The position numbers were made by a program, and so were the translations under genes. The notes below the pieces were generated by a model. The model worked only from the letters and a program-made list of their open reading frames with translations, made no database searches and was not told where the DNA came from. DNA of 63,264 nt, counting the filler, from Globobulimina sp. (taxonomy: Eukaryota), in NCBI GenBank assembly GCA_003354225.1. It is 30 parts of 30 records of this genome, joined end to end, with 100 filler letters (N's around TTAATTAATTAA, not from the genome) between each part and the next. Parts side by side here need not be neighbours in the genome. Positions count along the whole stretch, not along the records: positions 61,255 to 63,264 come from PIVH01009779.1; 29 more parts are not named here. One strand, given 5' to 3'. Below, in pieces: positions 61,255 through 63,264 of the stretch; the first letter of the stretch is position 1; each line of letters begins with the position of its first letter.

Positions 61255-62929
61255 CTCCTTGATTTTCAAATTGCGGACACATTTCAATGTCTAACTGGTC
61301 GCACATAAATTGAACTTGTCTGGAAAGCTGTCCATTCATTGCTTTTGAAGCTTGCAATTCGAGCTCCTCCATTGTCCATGGCGCAATTGCTCCAAATTCA
61401 GGCGCATCAGTTCTTGGTGCTTCTCTGTGCAAAAACAAATCCTCGAAAGTTGCGGCCCATTTATGTCTTTCGCCGAGATATTGGTCCAAACCAAACAGTC
61501 TATTCGCAGTTGCCATCATCGACGTGCCTTCATATTGCGAGGTGGCAGTCGGCCCATTGGTGGCATTATGGATAACTACGCCTTTATTGATCCACGGCGA
61601 AACCACCACCGTCGGCACGCGAATGCCCAACCGATCAAATGTAAAGCCATTGTTTGCCACCACGCCGTCTGGCGGAGGCACGCCGGTCTGTGGCGGAGCG
61701 ACATGGTCATAAAAGCCACCATGTTCGTCATAGGTAATGAGTAAAGCGGAAGAATTCCAATATGACGAATTCTTTAACGATTCGTAAACATTTTGAATCA
61801 AGGTCTCGCCGTGCGATACGGAGGCATCTTAGCAGTATAATTTGCGGTTTATTTGCGGGAAACAGAGAGTGTGCATATATGCGATATGACTGTGTGCGTA
61901 TACGGAGACTCTCTGTTTGCTGCAAATATGGAGCCATTATGGAAACAGAAGGGTATACAAATATATTTTATGTCAATTTCCAGGGACCTGGATGTTGCCA
62001 ATTTGGTGGGCCGTATTGCTTTGAGGATACCAATGATGGCTGCAACCAAACGAAGGATGCTAAGTCGTCACCTTTTAAATCTTGATAAAATTGCGAAATC
62101 GGATGGAGATTATTGGAGTTTGGCGCGACAGTCAAATCTTTAAAATATCCCAAAGCCCAAACAGTAGCGACCCAATAACCAGCCCAAGAAATATCATTTT
62201 TTGTCAACAAATCAAACTATTTGTCATTATAAATAATTTAAGTGCGTCGACACTCTGCCATTGATAATAAAACATATTAGGTACTTAACATATGATTGTT
62301 GGCTCCATAGAGTGCCGTTATAATTATCCGTCATTCCTATATATAAGAAACGTATATTGTAAATAATAAATATTAAAAGTTGATATACCATTTGCTGTGC
62401 CAGACATTGAAAAGGCTCTGTTTGGATCTGTTGGTCCTGGCACTGAACAAAACCAATTATCAAATACAGCGTATTCCATAGCTAATGTATTTAAAACATG
62501 CGACGACGTATTGTCAATGGCGAACATTCTCATTGGATTTGTAAGATCGTGTTTGTTTAAATGAGCACTATAAACGAAGCCATCCATTTTGGGAACGTCA
62601 ACTTGATGGACTGGCTTTAAATAACCGTAGATTTGCCTCGTTGTACCATCGAAAGTATGGTCTGGATCATCAGGACCTGTATCATAGCCTCCTTTTGATA
62701 CAGCCACACAAGTCGACGAGGTATCGCCTGGAACAACGCAATTATACTCATCACCATTTAAACCATTGATTTCTGGGTTTAATTGTTTTAAAAAACCTAA
62801 ATAATGGTCAAATGAACGGTTTTCCATCATTAATATTATTAAATGTTTAATTGGGTTCTCCTGTTGACATTGTGCAATAACTATGCAGCTTAAACACCAG
62901 AAAAGGATTTGTTGCAATTGCAAGGACAT
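61255..62929 (-). CDS. Secreted phosphoesterase / non-specific phospholipase C (NPC/AcpA family), 3' truncated
   Basis: Signal peptide, MMENRSFDHYLG, SVPGPTDPNR, YDEHGGFYDHV, LGIRVP; introns 62337-62388, 62217-62289 and 61828-61987. Confidence 0.95.
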
Positions 62930-63049
62930 TATGACTATTACTACTTTCGAAACGATGCAACTTTGTAAGTGTGGCTTTTTTTGATTCCTCAAAACTTTTA
63001 ATTTCCTAAAAACAGTACTTTTTTTCGATTTTTGGATTTCCGTGAAAAA

Positions 63050-63264
63050 AATAATTCCCATGATTCCATTAAAAACAATAATTCCGATGATTCCCTTAAA
63101 AAATAATTCCCATGATTCCCTTAAAAACAATAATTCCGATGATTCTCTTGAAAAAAAGACGGAAAAAAGTTGAAAAGAATTATTGTTTTCAAGGGAATCA
63201 TGGAAATTATTGTTTTTAAGGGAATCATCGGAATTTTTTTTTTAAGGGAATAATCGGAATTATT
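63050..63264. repeat. Foldback-type array: ~26-nt units, 4 direct then 3+ inverted
   Basis: AATAATTCC(C/G)ATGATTCCCTTAAAAA at 63050-63155; reverse-complement copies at 63178-63264. Confidence 0.9.

Noticed and set aside
62930-63130. N-terminal 67 aa of ORF 62324-63130
   Set aside because: Reads through the repeat array; the signal peptide starts at ATG 62929
63050-63155. CRISPR array
   Set aside because: Units abut with no unique spacers, inverted copies follow, and there are no cas genes
1-63264. Cross-contig gene clusters (e.g. gag 19023 with pol 36292, or Merlin with the MITEs)
   Set aside because: Contigs are ordered by length, so adjacency carries no information

Overview
This window is not one locus. 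It is 30 unrelated contigs of about 2.01 kb, joined by artificial 100-nt spacers (N44-TTAATTAATTAA-N44), so only neighbourhoods within a contig mean anything. Most contigs look like an AT-rich, gene-dense protist genome with short (about 45-75 nt) spliceosomal introns and the standard genetic code. Gene style suggests Foraminifera/Rhizaria, which is an inference I cannot verify. Recognisable genes: cold-shock domain protein, PHD finger, HMG-box, membrane RING-H2 ligase, RPS25, tandem cathepsin X/Z, HDAC, GHMP kinase-nucleotidyltransferase fusion, G-alpha, centrin, FAM50/XAP5, RCC1-repeat protein, MYND-GFA fusion, TLC protein, ELP3 and a phosphoesterase (NPC-type phospholipase C). Mobile DNA: Ty3/gypsy gag and RNase H, a DIRS/Ngaro element, a Merlin (IS1595-like) transposase, an Ulp1+zinc-finger transposon-type gene, a Polinton/adintovirus-type pPolB, and MITE/foldback palindromes. 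Best leads: (1) a recurring one-nucleotide-shifted 5' splice motif GTT(A/T)AGT at donors with no exonic G; (2) a LOTUS domain-pseudokinase fusion; (3) a spliceosomal intron in a Polinton-type polymerase; (4) several predicted pseudoenzymes; (5) a tail-anchored ELP3; (6) head-to-head genes only 46-80 nt apart; (7) a tRNA-like unit with no anticodon arm. All calls come from reading motifs by eye; no searches were run.
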